DNA of 64,000 nt from assembly GCA_018701395.1 (NCBI GenBank), contig JABIWU010000051.1:895-64894 (forward strand), given 5' to 3'. Made by a program: the position numbers and the translations under genes. The DNA is from Phycisphaerae bacterium. GTDB lineage: Bacteria; Planctomycetota; Phycisphaerae; Phycisphaerales; SM1A02. Shown here piece after piece: positions 17,511 to 27,938 of the stretch (position 1 is the stretch's first letter; each line of letters begins with the position of its first letter). The notes below the pieces were generated by a model. It was not told where the DNA came from. It worked only from the letters and a program-made list of their open reading frames with translations, and did not search any database.

Positions 17511-19604
17511 ATGCCAACAATTACACTTCCAGATGGTTCGACTCGCTCTTTTGAAGGAGCAACAACACCTTACGAGATTGCGACAAGCATTTCTGAAGGG
17601 CTTGCAGCATGCGCTATTGGCGCCCGAATAAATGGTGAACTGACTGATGTAACCACTCCAATTACAGACGATGCTGAACTCAAAATCGTCACTGCTCGTA
17701 AAGGCGAAAAAGAAAGCGACCCTGATGCGCTCATGCTGATTCGACATAGTTGCGCCCATGTGATGGCAGAAGCAATCCAACGCATTCACCCAAACGCAAA
17801 ACTAGTGTACGGACCAGCACTTGATACTGGTTTTTACTATGACATATTATTTGACGATGGCTCGCCACTTTCCAGCGATGAGTTTGAAGCAATCGAAGCA
17901 GAGATGAAGGCAATCATCAAAGATGATCGACCGTTTGTTAAATATGAATTGCCTTGCGAGGAAGGATTAAAAAAACTGACCAAAGAAGGAAGTAAATTTA
18001 AAATTGACAATGCAGAGAGAGCAATTCAAAATGGTTCGTCTACGCTTTCTTGGTATGTAACTGGCACCCCAAACGAACATTGGGAAGATCTTTGCAAAGG
18101 ACCGCATGTCCCTTCTACGGGTGCAATCGGCGCGTTTAAACTTCAAACTATTGCAAGCAGTTATTGGCACGGCGATTCTGATTCCGACAGATTGACGCGC
18201 GTCTATGGCATTGCCTTCGTACACAAAAAACAATTAAAGAGCCACCTGAAATTACTTGAAGAAGCGAAGAAACGGGACCACCGTGTCATTGGCAAAAAAC
18301 TTGGCTTGTTTCACATAGATGAAATGGTTGGGCAAGGCCTTTTACTTTGGACACCAAACGGAGCAATCGTCCGACAAGAATTACAAAACTTTATTGCTGA
18401 ACAACTAAGACGACAACAGTACAGTCAAGTATTTACACCACATATCGGCAAACTCGATTTGTATCGAACTTCAGGCCATTATCCTTATTACCAAGACAGC
18501 CAATATCCACCACTCATTGATCCAGAACAATTACATGCACTTGCAAAAGATGGTTGTTCCTGTGGTGACCTCGCCAATAGGATGAAAGATGGCGAGATTG
18601 AGGGCTACTTACTCAAGCCAATGAACTGCCCACACCATATTCGCATTTTTGCTAATGGGCAACACAGTTATCGTGATTTACCCATTCGACTTGCAGAGTT
18701 TGGAACGGTTTACCGATGGGAACAGTCTGGTGAAATTAGCGGAATGACTCGGGTGCGCGGGTTCACACAAGATGATGCACACCTCTTTTGCACCGAAGAC
18801 CAAGTAGAAGGCGAAATCATCGGTTGTTTAGAATTGGTGAATATCATTTTCGATACTCTCGGCATGCATGACTTCACCGTTCGTATTGGTTTACGCGACG
18901 CAGACTCAGACAAATATGTAGGCGACGCAGACAATTGGGATAAAGCAGAAAGTGCCTGTCGCATTGCAGCCGGAACGCTTGGCGTTCCATGGATTGAAGA
19001 ACAAGGCGAAGCTGCATTTTACGGTCCCAAAATTGACTTCATCGTAAACGATGTAATTGGAAGACCTTGGCAACTTGGAACAATTCAAGTTGACTACAAC
19101 CTTCCAGAGCGATTTAATCTTTCGTACATTGGGAAAGATGGAAATCAACACCGCCCTGTCATGATTCACCGTGCTCCCTTTGGTTCAATGGAACGATTCA
19201 TTGGCGTATTAATTGAGCATTTTGCAGGAGCATTTCCAACATGGCTTGCTCCTGAACAAGTTCGCGTGCTTGCCATCTCAGAAAAATCGAACGATTACGC
19301 TGATACCGTCCACCAAACACTTTTAGACAAAGATATTCGAGCGTCTGTTGACAAAAGTGACGAGCGAATTCAAGCAAAAATCAGGAATGCCGCCGAGATG
19401 AAAATCCCATGGATTATTGTCGTTGGCCCACGTGATGCTGAAGGAAATAATGTCAGTGTCCGAATGCGTGGCATCTTAGAAGACCTAGGTGCTATTAGTT
19501 TAGACACCTTTGCGGATGCAATTTCTGCCGAAATCAAGTCTCGCGGAAAAGAACTTGCCCTGAAAAGTTGTTTTCCTGATGTCAAGTTACCAGAAGTTAC
19601 TTGA
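17511..19604 (+). CDS. thrS: Threonine--tRNA ligase
   Basis: 697 aa with a TGS domain (MPTITLPDGSTRSF), the editing-domain motif HSCAHVMA, class II motifs (LAEFGTVYRWEQSGEISGMTRVRGFTQDDAH) and a C-terminal anticodon-binding domain. Confidence 0.95.
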   Translation: MPTITLPDGSTRSFEGATTPYEIATSISEGLAACAIGARINGELTDVTTPITDDAELKIVTARKGEKESDPDALMLIRHSCAHVMAEAIQRIHPNAKLVYGPALDTGFYYDILFDDGSPLSSDEFEAIEAEMKAIIKDDRPFVKYELPCEEGLKKLTKEGSKFKIDNAERAIQNGSSTLSWYVTGTPNEHWEDLCKGPHVPSTGAIGAFKLQTIASSYWHGDSDSDRLTRVYGIAFVHKKQLKSHLKLLEEAKKRDHRVIGKKLGLFHIDEMVGQGLLLWTPNGAIVRQELQNFIAEQLRRQQYSQVFTPHIGKLDLYRTSGHYPYYQDSQYPPLIDPEQLHALAKDGCSCGDLANRMKDGEIEGYLLKPMNCPHHIRIFANGQHSYRDLPIRLAEFGTVYRWEQSGEISGMTRVRGFTQDDAHLFCTEDQVEGEIIGCLELVNIIFDTLGMHDFTVRIGLRDADSDKYVGDADNWDKAESACRIAAGTLGVPWIEEQGEAAFYGPKIDFIVNDVIGRPWQLGTIQVDYNLPERFNLSYIGKDGNQHRPVMIHRAPFGSMERFIGVLIEHFAGAFPTWLAPEQVRVLAISEKSNDYADTVHQTLLDKDIRASVDKSDERIQAKIRNAAEMKIPWIIVVGPRDAEGNNVSVRMRGILEDLGAISLDTFADAISAEIKSRGKELALKSCFPDVKLPEVT

Positions 19605-19845
19605 TTATTAGACGCTTTTTGCTTATCCTTAGCACTTACGCCACTTCGGAATTATCAAAGTGGTGCTGGATATAAGAATGAAACTAGTTTTACGCGATTA
19701 CCATTACTCTGAACGAACAACTAAGAGACCGGTACGCACGCATGTTTCAAGCGATACCGCATGACCAATATCCTTACAAACAATTCAATACTTTTATGTT
19801 CGGCATGTCGAGTTGTCATCGACAAGTTTGCTTCCAATCACTTTA

Positions 19846-20502
19846 ATGGAGAAATGTACCATCGCCCGTAGACGTTATATCAAACCGCGTGAAAACGCAC
19901 GTAACCTTCCAAAAATTAATGACCGCATCCGCGCTAATCAAGTTCGACTTATAGACCAAGATGAAAACATGCTTGGCGTCGTAGACAAGACCGAAGGAAT
20001 TCGCCTTGCCCAAGAAGCTGGCCTCGACTTAGTTGAGGTTTCTCCACACTCAGATCCACCTGTATGTCGAATTCTCGATTTTGGTAAGTACCGTTACGAA
20101 CAATCGAAAAAAGAACGCGCAAATCGAGCAAAAACTAAAACAGTTGAAACAAAAGAAGTACGTCTTGGACGCTCAATGAAAATTGACCCACATGACGTTC
20201 AGATTCGAGTTAACCAAGCCAGAAAATTCTTACTTGAAGGGCACAAAGTTCTCATTGTTCAAAACTTCCGCGGAAGAGAAATGATGCACAAAGAGCGTGG
20301 TTCAGTTCGCATGAAGGAAATCATCGACAAACTTTCTGATGTTTCAAAAGTTGAAACGCCACCAAAGTTTGCGGGTCGTCGCCAAACAATGGTTCTTGGT
20401 CCTGACAAATTGAAAATTAAATCATATCTTGACTCTCAACTTGCTGCAGAAAAAGCCCAACAAGTAGAAATTGATTCGCAACAAGAAGATTTCGATTCAT
20501 AA
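19846..20502 (+). CDS. infC: Translation initiation factor IF-3
   Basis: KINDRIRANQVRLIDQDENMLGVV and the C-domain KEVRLGRSMKIDPHDVQ. The frame is open from 19813. There is an in-frame ATG at 19846. GGAGA (19848-19852) followed 8 nt later by an in-frame ATC (19861) would fit the non-AUG start typical of infC. The start is uncertain. Confidence 0.85.
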   Translation: MEKCTIARRRYIKPRENARNLPKINDRIRANQVRLIDQDENMLGVVDKTEGIRLAQEAGLDLVEVSPHSDPPVCRILDFGKYRYEQSKKERANRAKTKTVETKEVRLGRSMKIDPHDVQIRVNQARKFLLEGHKVLIVQNFRGREMMHKERGSVRMKEIIDKLSDVSKVETPPKFAGRRQTMVLGPDKLKIKSYLDSQLAAEKAQQVEIDSQQEDFDS

Positions 20503-20510
20503 GAAGATGC

Positions 20511-21275
20511 ATGTCTAAATACGGCATCATCTCTGACATCCACGCCAACGCACATGCGTTGAAGGCAGTCTATGAACAACTTGGAACAATGGACATCGAC
20601 AGGATTTTATGCCTTGGTGATATAGTCGGCTATGGTCCATCGCCAACAAAATGCCTCGACTTAGTTTTAAGTTACTGCCACGAAATCATCAAAGGCAATC
20701 ATGACGAAGCAGTACTCGACCCCGATCTTGGCAGGTACTTTAATAACGCTGCGCTTGCTGCCCTTAACTGGACACGGGAACAACTTGGCCCCTACCACTT
20801 ACACGCAATCAGCCACATGAAAACAAGAATTCGTCTTGGCGATTCTCTTTTGCTCGTACACGATACACCCATCTTAAATGACTCGGCATATATTCACGAA
20901 TTGCCACATGCGATCGAAGCATTTGAGGGTCTAGAAACTGGCATCTGTTTACACGGACATACGCATTTACCAACCGTCTTTACTTCACAATCCAATGGCA
21001 AAGGCGGCAATGAGGTCACATCACAAATTCCAGTCCCCGGCGAACCAATAATTTTAAAACCAGAGAACAAATACCTTTGCAATCCAGGATCTGTCGGGCA
21101 GCCAAGAGACGCTGACCCACGTGCAAGTTTTGCAACGCTAGAATACACATCTCCAGATGCAGAGGCCATCTTTACGGTGTATCGCATAGAATACGATATC
21201 AAAGCAGCACAAGCAGAAACGCATAATGTTGGTCTTCCAGCAATTCTCGCAGAACGCCTTGAAATCGGGTCGTAA
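20511..21275 (+). CDS. Metallophosphoesterase (calcineurin-like)
   Basis: ISDIHAN, CLGDIVGYGP, GNHDE and HGHTH motifs. Confidence 0.8.
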   Translation: MSKYGIISDIHANAHALKAVYEQLGTMDIDRILCLGDIVGYGPSPTKCLDLVLSYCHEIIKGNHDEAVLDPDLGRYFNNAALAALNWTREQLGPYHLHAISHMKTRIRLGDSLLLVHDTPILNDSAYIHELPHAIEAFEGLETGICLHGHTHLPTVFTSQSNGKGGNEVTSQIPVPGEPIILKPENKYLCNPGSVGQPRDADPRASFATLEYTSPDAEAIFTVYRIEYDIKAAQAETHNVGLPAILAERLEIGS

Positions 21276-21307
21276 CTTTAATCCAAATTACAACCATGTA
21301 TATTTCT

Positions 21308-22846
21308 TCAAATTGCCTTAGCCCATTTTCCATATTTGAAACGCAGGAAAAGCATCAGTCCTCGGATTATCATCTCTCCACAGAGTGCATACCAAATTCC
21401 AATAAGCCCAAGTTCAAGATACACCCCTAAAAACCAAGCAGATGGCAATCGAATACCCCAACTTGAAAACGTCGTAATTGCGAACGTCCACATCGTATCG
21501 CCAACACCTTTAAGCGCTTGACGGATAACCATCATTACTGCGAATCCCATTTGTGTAATTCCAGCAATGAATAGTAATTGGGGAACTAATTCTAAATGCA
21601 TTGGTTCATTCGAGATAAATGAAGTTAAAGAGTGCCCTGCAAACATCATCACAAGACCAAGTGTGCCCATAAACAAAACTGCTATTAAAATACAAGCCAT
21701 TACTGCCTTGCGCGCTTGAGTTTCGTTACTTGCACCTAAGTACTGACCTGCGAGTGTGCCAGCGGCGACGCCTATTGCAAACCCAGGCAAAAAACTAAAC
21801 GATTCCCATTGCACACCAATAACATGTGCTCCCTGGAGACCCTGCACAACGGGTTCATCTGCGTCAACTTTCATTGCCATGTTCGCGGCAATCTGGCCAA
21901 TAAACTGCAACACAAATAAATTCGCAGCCCACATCGAGAGCCCCTCAAAAAAGTTGGGGATTCCAATTTTTGAAATTCGCCAGAACATCGCAAAATCTGG
22001 TAATAAATCTGAAGGGTGCAATTTCAAATCTTTCACACCGCGAACCAAGACCCAAACAATTAGTATACCGCCTACGAAGTATGCGATTGAGGTACCAATC
22101 GCTATTCCAACGACATGTAAATCCCAAGAAAATGGGTTCGAGTAAAAAGAGTCTCCAAACCGAACATCCGCGCCGCTGAGACACCAAGAAAAGAAGACAT
22201 TCACAATGTTTACTACAACTGTTACAAGCGCTGGACGAAATGTGTTCCCGCTGCCGTGCAATGCCATCGATCCCGTCGTCATGAGACTGCAAGCAGGCAT
22301 GCCGATAGCTAGCACTTGAATGTATTGAACCAAATACACTTTTGAGGGTGCTGAAAGTTTACACAAATCGCCAAGAGGCTCTGCGCAGTACCAAAGGACC
22401 ACGGCAACAAAACACCCCCAGACAAAGGCAAGAGTTAATGATTGTCCAAGAACTTTACTACCATCTTTACTAGTACCACTTCCCATCGCTCTAGCGATGA
22501 GGGCTTGTGCGCCAATTCCAACTCCGGAAACTGCGATAGAAATAAACCAGCCAATGTATGAACCAATCCCAATTGCATCCAAAGCAGGCAGGACTACGTC
22601 TTCGGGAAGCGCACCTGCAAATTTTTTGTCAGCAAGACCAACACAGGCAATCAGAATCTGTTGAATTAAAATAGGAATTGCTAAAAACCAAATCGCACCC
22701 CACATTGTTTTACCTGCAAGTGAGCCACTCCGAATTGCACCCGTTGGTTCTGCTAATGGATCTACCAGGTCTTCTGGCGATGGCTGCATCGAAGAAATTC
22801 TCCGTTGCTCCTTTTGATTTATAAAAGGGTCCTTGCCTTTTGTCAC
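21308..22846 (-). CDS. MATE-family efflux transporter
   Basis: 512 aa with about 12 TM segments and a MATE-like duplicated architecture. The GTG start at 22846 overlaps the upstream stop (GTGA). Confidence 0.75.
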   Translation of the reverse strand: MTKGKDPFINQKEQRRISSMQPSPEDLVDPLAEPTGAIRSGSLAGKTMWGAIWFLAIPILIQQILIACVGLADKKFAGALPEDVVLPALDAIGIGSYIGWFISIAVSGVGIGAQALIARAMGSGTSKDGSKVLGQSLTLAFVWGCFVAVVLWYCAEPLGDLCKLSAPSKVYLVQYIQVLAIGMPACSLMTTGSMALHGSGNTFRPALVTVVVNIVNVFFSWCLSGADVRFGDSFYSNPFSWDLHVVGIAIGTSIAYFVGGILIVWVLVRGVKDLKLHPSDLLPDFAMFWRISKIGIPNFFEGLSMWAANLFVLQFIGQIAANMAMKVDADEPVVQGLQGAHVIGVQWESFSFLPGFAIGVAAGTLAGQYLGASNETQARKAVMACILIAVLFMGTLGLVMMFAGHSLTSFISNEPMHLELVPQLLFIAGITQMGFAVMMVIRQALKGVGDTMWTFAITTFSSWGIRLPSAWFLGVYLELGLIGIWYALCGEMIIRGLMLFLRFKYGKWAKAI

Positions 22847-23661
22847 TGAGAAGTTTCAGCATCATCATAGGTTGACATGACTGATGCTTCTTTCAATCCA
22901 ACTGGGAAATCGGGACGTTCGTGAATACGATGTTCCCAGAAAGTCACTTTGTCCCACCAACGAGCCTGGTGTTGGTATGTTGGATATTCATAATCTGATT
23001 TGAAAGCAAACAGACTACCGCCAGCATCTTCCACCAATTCGCTCCAGTCATACCACTCATCCCAATCAATCCCAAAGACCTGACCAGTAAGAACATGCAA
23101 TGATTGGGCCGACGCCAAATTGATTGACAAATTTATTGCACGCAGCCCCTCAATGAGTCCGTTGTACACTCGCTTTTCAGCGTATTGCCCTAATGCAATT
23201 GCAATTGTTGTTCGTACTTGATTTTCTTCATCTTGATTTCTTAGCGATAGTAATAATGCTGGAACAACGCTTGGGTTATGTAATCGTTGCAATGCTCTTC
23301 CTGCTGCCCGACGTACTTGAATACTCTGCGTAGCAGACATGTCCAACCACGGAACAATTAACATCGCATCTTCGCTCGTACCAAAACGAGCCAATGCTTT
23401 AATTGCAGAAGCTCGAACGAGTGGATCATGGTCGTTTTTGATGTAATCTCTATACAATCGAAGATACTCTGGAGCGCCACCAAACGGCGAATTAGACAAA
23501 AGCGTAATGCCTTCTCGGCGCGAGTTTGAATCGTACTGGTTTGATGCCATGATAGCGGCATCGTGGGGAGTAAGCGGAGCGAATCCGTTTGCCAAATTGT
23601 TAAAGTCATCCGCCACACAACACGGCAATAAAAGGAAAAGTAGTAACGCGATCAATTTCAT
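22843..23661 (-). CDS. Secreted HEAT-repeat protein
   Basis: Signal MKLIALLLFLLLPCCVA, then repeated HEAT-like units (VRASAIKALARFG, VRRAAGRALQRL, VRTTIAIALGQY). Confidence 0.65.
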   Translation of the reverse strand: MKLIALLLFLLLPCCVADDFNNLANGFAPLTPHDAAIMASNQYDSNSRREGITLLSNSPFGGAPEYLRLYRDYIKNDHDPLVRASAIKALARFGTSEDAMLIVPWLDMSATQSIQVRRAAGRALQRLHNPSVVPALLLSLRNQDEENQVRTTIAIALGQYAEKRVYNGLIEGLRAINLSINLASAQSLHVLTGQVFGIDWDEWYDWSELVEDAGGSLFAFKSDYEYPTYQHQARWWDKVTFWEHRIHERPDFPVGLKEASVMSTYDDAETSQ

Positions 23662-24731
23662 TATGATGTTTCATCCTCTACAACTCTAACTCGAATAGTT
23701 TCTAGCATTGAATATACTTCTTCCGCCATTTTTGTATTTGGGAATTGATGCATGATGACTTCGCCAAACTCAATTGCTTCTTGCCAACGGTGATCGCCAA
23801 CAGCCATATTAAACCGTACCCTAATCGAATCGCGGTACTTTGTAATAACTTCAGTTGCCGTATCACGAAAACGACGCGCTTCATCAGGCGTGAGGTAACC
23901 ATCAAGTTCGCGAAGCAACAACATTGCTTCTTCAACTTTTTCTAATTCTGCCGCATGAAGAAACTTTGCTTCTAAGTCATGCCTATACTGCGTTCGAACA
24001 TCTGCAATATGCTGTTCGATGCCATGCAACCGGGGCGACTCAGGGAACAACCTTCGCAATCTTGCCGCATCTTGGTACGCTGCAACCCATTCATGTTGGT
24101 CGAGCATTACTTGCAACTTAGCAATTTCATCGCAAATACGTGCATCATGTTGTTCGTGGATAATAACGGTTACTTTTGCACGCAAAATTTCTGCTTCTTC
24201 AACTGCTCCAAACACTGTTGCCATTTGATCGCACAACACTAAAGCAGAATGAAATTCTCCATTTGTAATATCATCTTGCACTGTGCTGCGCAACACACTT
24301 AGCTCTCTGTCTCGAAAAAGAACACGTTTCGCGTTCTCAGACATTTGCACAGCTTCAAGCAATACATCTAATTTAGAAGTTACTAACTCGCCATTGCCAC
24401 TTGTTTGATCACTTCGTTTTGATGTTACTAGTGCTCCTACAACTGCAAGACCTAATACAACTATCGATGCTAAAAGTATGTTTTCATTCGTTGTTGCAGA
24501 TGCAATAACTCCACCAACTGCCAAAATTGCAACTGCATAAAACTCTGCCAATTTAATTTTTAGTGCTATCGAAGAAATTAGCACTGCCAGTGCGGCAATA
24601 GATGCCACCAACATTGACGCTGTCCAAAATGCTTCTGTAGTATTACTGTAATAAAGTGCAGCAAGAAGAATTGCAACCGAGATCGCTAAAGTGAAATAAC
24701 AAGATTCGCTAAGAACTTTATTCGTTTTCAT
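23661..24731 (-). CDS. Membrane protein with N-terminal TM bundle and C-terminal helical (TPR-like) domain
   Basis: The ATG at 24731 (MKTNKVL...) lies 1 nt after the cupin stop. It has four hydrophobic helices followed by an alpha-helical repeat region. No family was recognised. Confidence 0.55.
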   Translation of the reverse strand: MKTNKVLSESCYFTLAISVAILLAALYYSNTTEAFWTASMLVASIAALAVLISSIALKIKLAEFYAVAILAVGGVIASATTNENILLASIVVLGLAVVGALVTSKRSDQTSGNGELVTSKLDVLLEAVQMSENAKRVLFRDRELSVLRSTVQDDITNGEFHSALVLCDQMATVFGAVEEAEILRAKVTVIIHEQHDARICDEIAKLQVMLDQHEWVAAYQDAARLRRLFPESPRLHGIEQHIADVRTQYRHDLEAKFLHAAELEKVEEAMLLLRELDGYLTPDEARRFRDTATEVITKYRDSIRVRFNMAVGDHRWQEAIEFGEVIMHQFPNTKMAEEVYSMLETIRVRVVEDETS

Positions 24732-24732
24732 A

Positions 24733-25101
24733 TTAACTGCCGGGAACGGCTTCTCCACAATCTGATTCGACTGGAACAATACATAAAAATTCTAACGGCT
24801 CAGTGCCCTTATTTCTAAATTGGTGTAAATCATTGGAAGGAATAAACAAACCATCACCTGTTGAAATTGGCAACACTTCACTTCCGCATTCCAACTCCCC
24901 TTCGCCCGAGAGAACAAGAACTTCGTGTTCCCATGGATGTTGGTGCATCGGCGTATAGCCATCAACATTCACTGAAAAATGACGCATGGCAAAAGTAGGC
25001 GCATTATCATCACGCCCGACGAGCAATTTCATCGTTACGCCCTTGATTCCATCACCTTCTATTGGTGTTCCTACTATTTTTTTTACACTGCGTTTAATCA
25101 T
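24733..25101 (-). CDS. Cupin-2 domain protein
   Basis: GYTPMHQHPWEHEVLVLSGEGEL...GDGLFIPSNDLHQFRN is the cupin two-motif pattern. The ATG at 25101 gives about 122 aa. Confidence 0.75.
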   Translation of the reverse strand: MIKRSVKKIVGTPIEGDGIKGVTMKLLVGRDDNAPTFAMRHFSVNVDGYTPMHQHPWEHEVLVLSGEGELECGSEVLPISTGDGLFIPSNDLHQFRNKGTEPLEFLCIVPVESDCGEAVPGS

Positions 25102-25150
25102 TTTGAGTATGCTTCCTCTTTTAGCATTGTATACCCAAGGAGACCCAACC

Positions 25151-25789
25151 ATGCCCATCAAAATTACCCCTTTTGTCCTTGGAGAGTACCAGACGAATTG
25201 CCATGTTGTTACTGAAAGCGAAGACTGCTGGGTTGTGGATTGTGGATATGACCCCGAAGAACTCATTTATTTTCTAGCAGAAGAAGAATTACAGCCAACT
25301 TCTATTCTCCTAACACATTGCCACGCTGATCATATCGCTGGTCTTGACAAATTGCGCAATGCTATTGGGAAAGTGCCTATCTATTGCCATCCAATTGAAC
25401 GTGAATGGAATATGAACCCAACACTGAATTTATCTGAGTTTGGCGGAATGCCAATCACTGTTTCGCCTCCAGATGGCGAGATAAATGTTGGAGATGAACT
25501 TGAACTTGGCGATTCTATCTGGCGAATACTACACACTCCAGGACACAGCCCCGGTAGCATTTGTTTTGTCAATGACAAGGCAAACATCGCAATTGTTGGG
25601 GACACGTTGTTTGCTGGCTCCATCGGAAGGCATGATTTTCCAACGAGCAAGGTCGAAGACCTTCGACATTCAATTACAGACGTATTAATGAAACTGCCGG
25701 ACGAAATGCAGATATTTCCTGGGCACGGACCAAGTTCAACCATCGGACACGAACGTGAATCAAACCCATTCGTCCTTCAAGGCTTTTAA
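25151..25789 (+). CDS. MBL-fold metallo-hydrolase (glyoxalase II-like)
   Basis: LLTHCHADHIAG, HTPGHSPGS and GDTLFAGSIGR. The ATG at 25151 is preceded by GGAG. The ORF track extension to 24986 was rejected. Confidence 0.85.
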   Translation: MPIKITPFVLGEYQTNCHVVTESEDCWVVDCGYDPEELIYFLAEEELQPTSILLTHCHADHIAGLDKLRNAIGKVPIYCHPIEREWNMNPTLNLSEFGGMPITVSPPDGEINVGDELELGDSIWRILHTPGHSPGSICFVNDKANIAIVGDTLFAGSIGRHDFPTSKVEDLRHSITDVLMKLPDEMQIFPGHGPSSTIGHERESNPFVLQGF

Positions 25790-25804
25790 TGTAACCGATT
25801 AAAT

Positions 25805-27862
25805 TTAGTCTTCATCAGTAACAGGTTTAAACGACTTCACAACATCAGCTTGAACATTCGCAGGAGTTCGTTCATCGTGAGAATATTCCATCTCGTACGA
25901 TCCAGTACCACCTGTAATTGATTTCAATTGATTTGTATAGGACATCACCTCTGACAACGGTGCTTCTGCCTCAAGCAACGCTTGGTCACCTGGCATCATT
26001 TCTGTGCCGAGAATTCGCCCACGTCTGCCTGAAAGATCAGACGAAATATCGCCTATCAAATCCACCGGAATTGCAATATGCATTTTGACAAACGGCTCAA
26101 GAAGAACTGGTTTTGCCTTTTTAACTGCTTCAATAAATGCTTTTTTGCCAGCGGTCATAAATGCAATTTCTTTTGAGTCAACCGCATGGTGTTTACCATC
26201 GTAAACAGTCACTTTGATGTTGTACATCGGATAACCAGCAATAGCGCCGTCAGACATGACAGACTTGACGCCTTTTTCAATTGCAGGCATAAATTGTTTT
26301 GGTACTGAGCCGCCAAAAGTATCGTCAACGAATACAAAACCATCTGGCGATGCTTCGGTTTCTTCGCCTACCGCTGGTTCAACACGAAGATACACTTCGC
26401 CGAACTGACCGGAACCGCCTGATTGTTTCTTGTGCTTATGATGCCCCTCAGCACCAGAAGTAATTGTTTCTTTGTAAGCCACTTTAGGTGTTCTAGTATC
26501 AACTTCAACACCGTATCGGTCTTTCATCAATCGAATTTTCACGCGCAAATGAATGTCGCCTAACCCTCGCAGTACGAGGTCGCCGGTTGCAGCAACCCTG
26601 TCTACTTCGAGTGTTGGGTCTTCCGCTTGCAACTTTGTCAACGCCTCGCCAAGTTTTGTCTCAGCATTTCGGTTCGCTGCATCAATTGCAAGACCATACA
26701 TTGGCCTTGGCATTGGCAACGGTTTAATTTTCATTTGTTCACTAATCGAAGCATCGTGCATAACGCTTCCGTAATGCAATTCGTCAACTTTTGCTACCGC
26801 ACCGATATCGCCTGAAATGACTTCTGGGATTTCCAGGTGGTTTTTACCTTGCAATTTAAAGACATGGCTCAATCGTAGCGGTTTCTTGTTGTCACCAACA
26901 CGAGGATGCGTGCTTGGGCTCAATGCACCTTGATGCAATCTGAATACACAAAGTTTTCCAACATAGGGGTCTGCTGAAACTTTAAAGACATGTGCAACTG
27001 GATGTGCTCCATCATTCGTCGCATGCCATTCTTCTTGAAGTTCACCCTCATGAATAATAAATGTTCTTGGGTTTCCTTCAAGTGGATTCGGGCAAAGGCT
27101 CGCTATAAAGTTCATGAATTCCAGTACGCCGATGTTTTCTTTTGCGGACATAAACATTACAGGAACCAAGTGTGCTTGGCGAAGCGCCGCCTCAAATGGC
27201 CCATGAAGTTGTTCGGGACTAACTTCGCCTTGCTCTAAGTATGCTTCCATAAGTGCTTCGTCAACTTCGACAACTTGGTCAACAATACCAGTGTGAAATT
27301 CTGACACGTCTCCGATGTCAGAGTCGCCAGTAGCATTATTGAAACAATTAATAACTGCTTTTCGATCTTCTGCAGGAAGGTTCACTGGGCGACATTCACT
27401 ACCGAATGTTTTTTGTATTTGCTCAAGAAGAATATCAAGATCTGGTGCATGGTCTATTTTGTTGATTAAAATTACTTGGGGCAACTGGCGGTCTTTGCCA
27501 ATTTTAAAAAGTTTTCGTGTTGCAGTCTCAATACCAACACTTGCATCAATCATGATGACCTGCGTTTCAACTGCTGGAAGTGCCGCTACCGCTTTGCCAA
27601 AAAAGCCAGGGCTTCCGGGCGTGTCGACTATATTTACATGTGCACCGTTGTAATCAAAATGCACAATCGCACTATCAATGCCGTGCCCATATTCTTTTTC
27701 TAAATCATCAAAGTCACAAACGGTTGTCCCTTGCTCTACAGTGCCAATACTTCCAATTTCGCCCGCAGCGTGAAGCATCGCTTCAACTAATGTTGTTTTT
27801 CCGACGGCTGCTGCGCCGGTCATTGCAATGTTGCGGATATCAGTCGTTGTGTATTTGGCCAT
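25805..27862 (-). CDS. Elongation factor G-like translational GTPase (paralogue, not in a str-operon context)
   Basis: 685 aa with G1 GAAAVGKTT, G3 DTPGSPGF and G4 NKID. The EF-G domain II-V pattern extends through the C-terminus. Confidence 0.85.
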   Translation of the reverse strand: MAKYTTTDIRNIAMTGAAAVGKTTLVEAMLHAAGEIGSIGTVEQGTTVCDFDDLEKEYGHGIDSAIVHFDYNGAHVNIVDTPGSPGFFGKAVAALPAVETQVIMIDASVGIETATRKLFKIGKDRQLPQVILINKIDHAPDLDILLEQIQKTFGSECRPVNLPAEDRKAVINCFNNATGDSDIGDVSEFHTGIVDQVVEVDEALMEAYLEQGEVSPEQLHGPFEAALRQAHLVPVMFMSAKENIGVLEFMNFIASLCPNPLEGNPRTFIIHEGELQEEWHATNDGAHPVAHVFKVSADPYVGKLCVFRLHQGALSPSTHPRVGDNKKPLRLSHVFKLQGKNHLEIPEVISGDIGAVAKVDELHYGSVMHDASISEQMKIKPLPMPRPMYGLAIDAANRNAETKLGEALTKLQAEDPTLEVDRVAATGDLVLRGLGDIHLRVKIRLMKDRYGVEVDTRTPKVAYKETITSGAEGHHKHKKQSGGSGQFGEVYLRVEPAVGEETEASPDGFVFVDDTFGGSVPKQFMPAIEKGVKSVMSDGAIAGYPMYNIKVTVYDGKHHAVDSKEIAFMTAGKKAFIEAVKKAKPVLLEPFVKMHIAIPVDLIGDISSDLSGRRGRILGTEMMPGDQALLEAEAPLSEVMSYTNQLKSITGGTGSYEMEYSHDERTPANVQADVVKSFKPVTDED

Positions 27863-27938
27863 GGCTTCTCATCTCCGTGTAGAGGCGTTGTAAAAAAATT
27901 GATAGTAGTCGATAACGACTATACCAATTTAAAAGACG

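Noticed and set aside
19605-19845. Riboswitch, T-box or ribosomal-protein leader in the thrS-infC spacer
   Set aside because: I found no recognisable conserved riboswitch core, specifier/T-box sequence or terminator/antiterminator pair. Only two modest hairpins are present.
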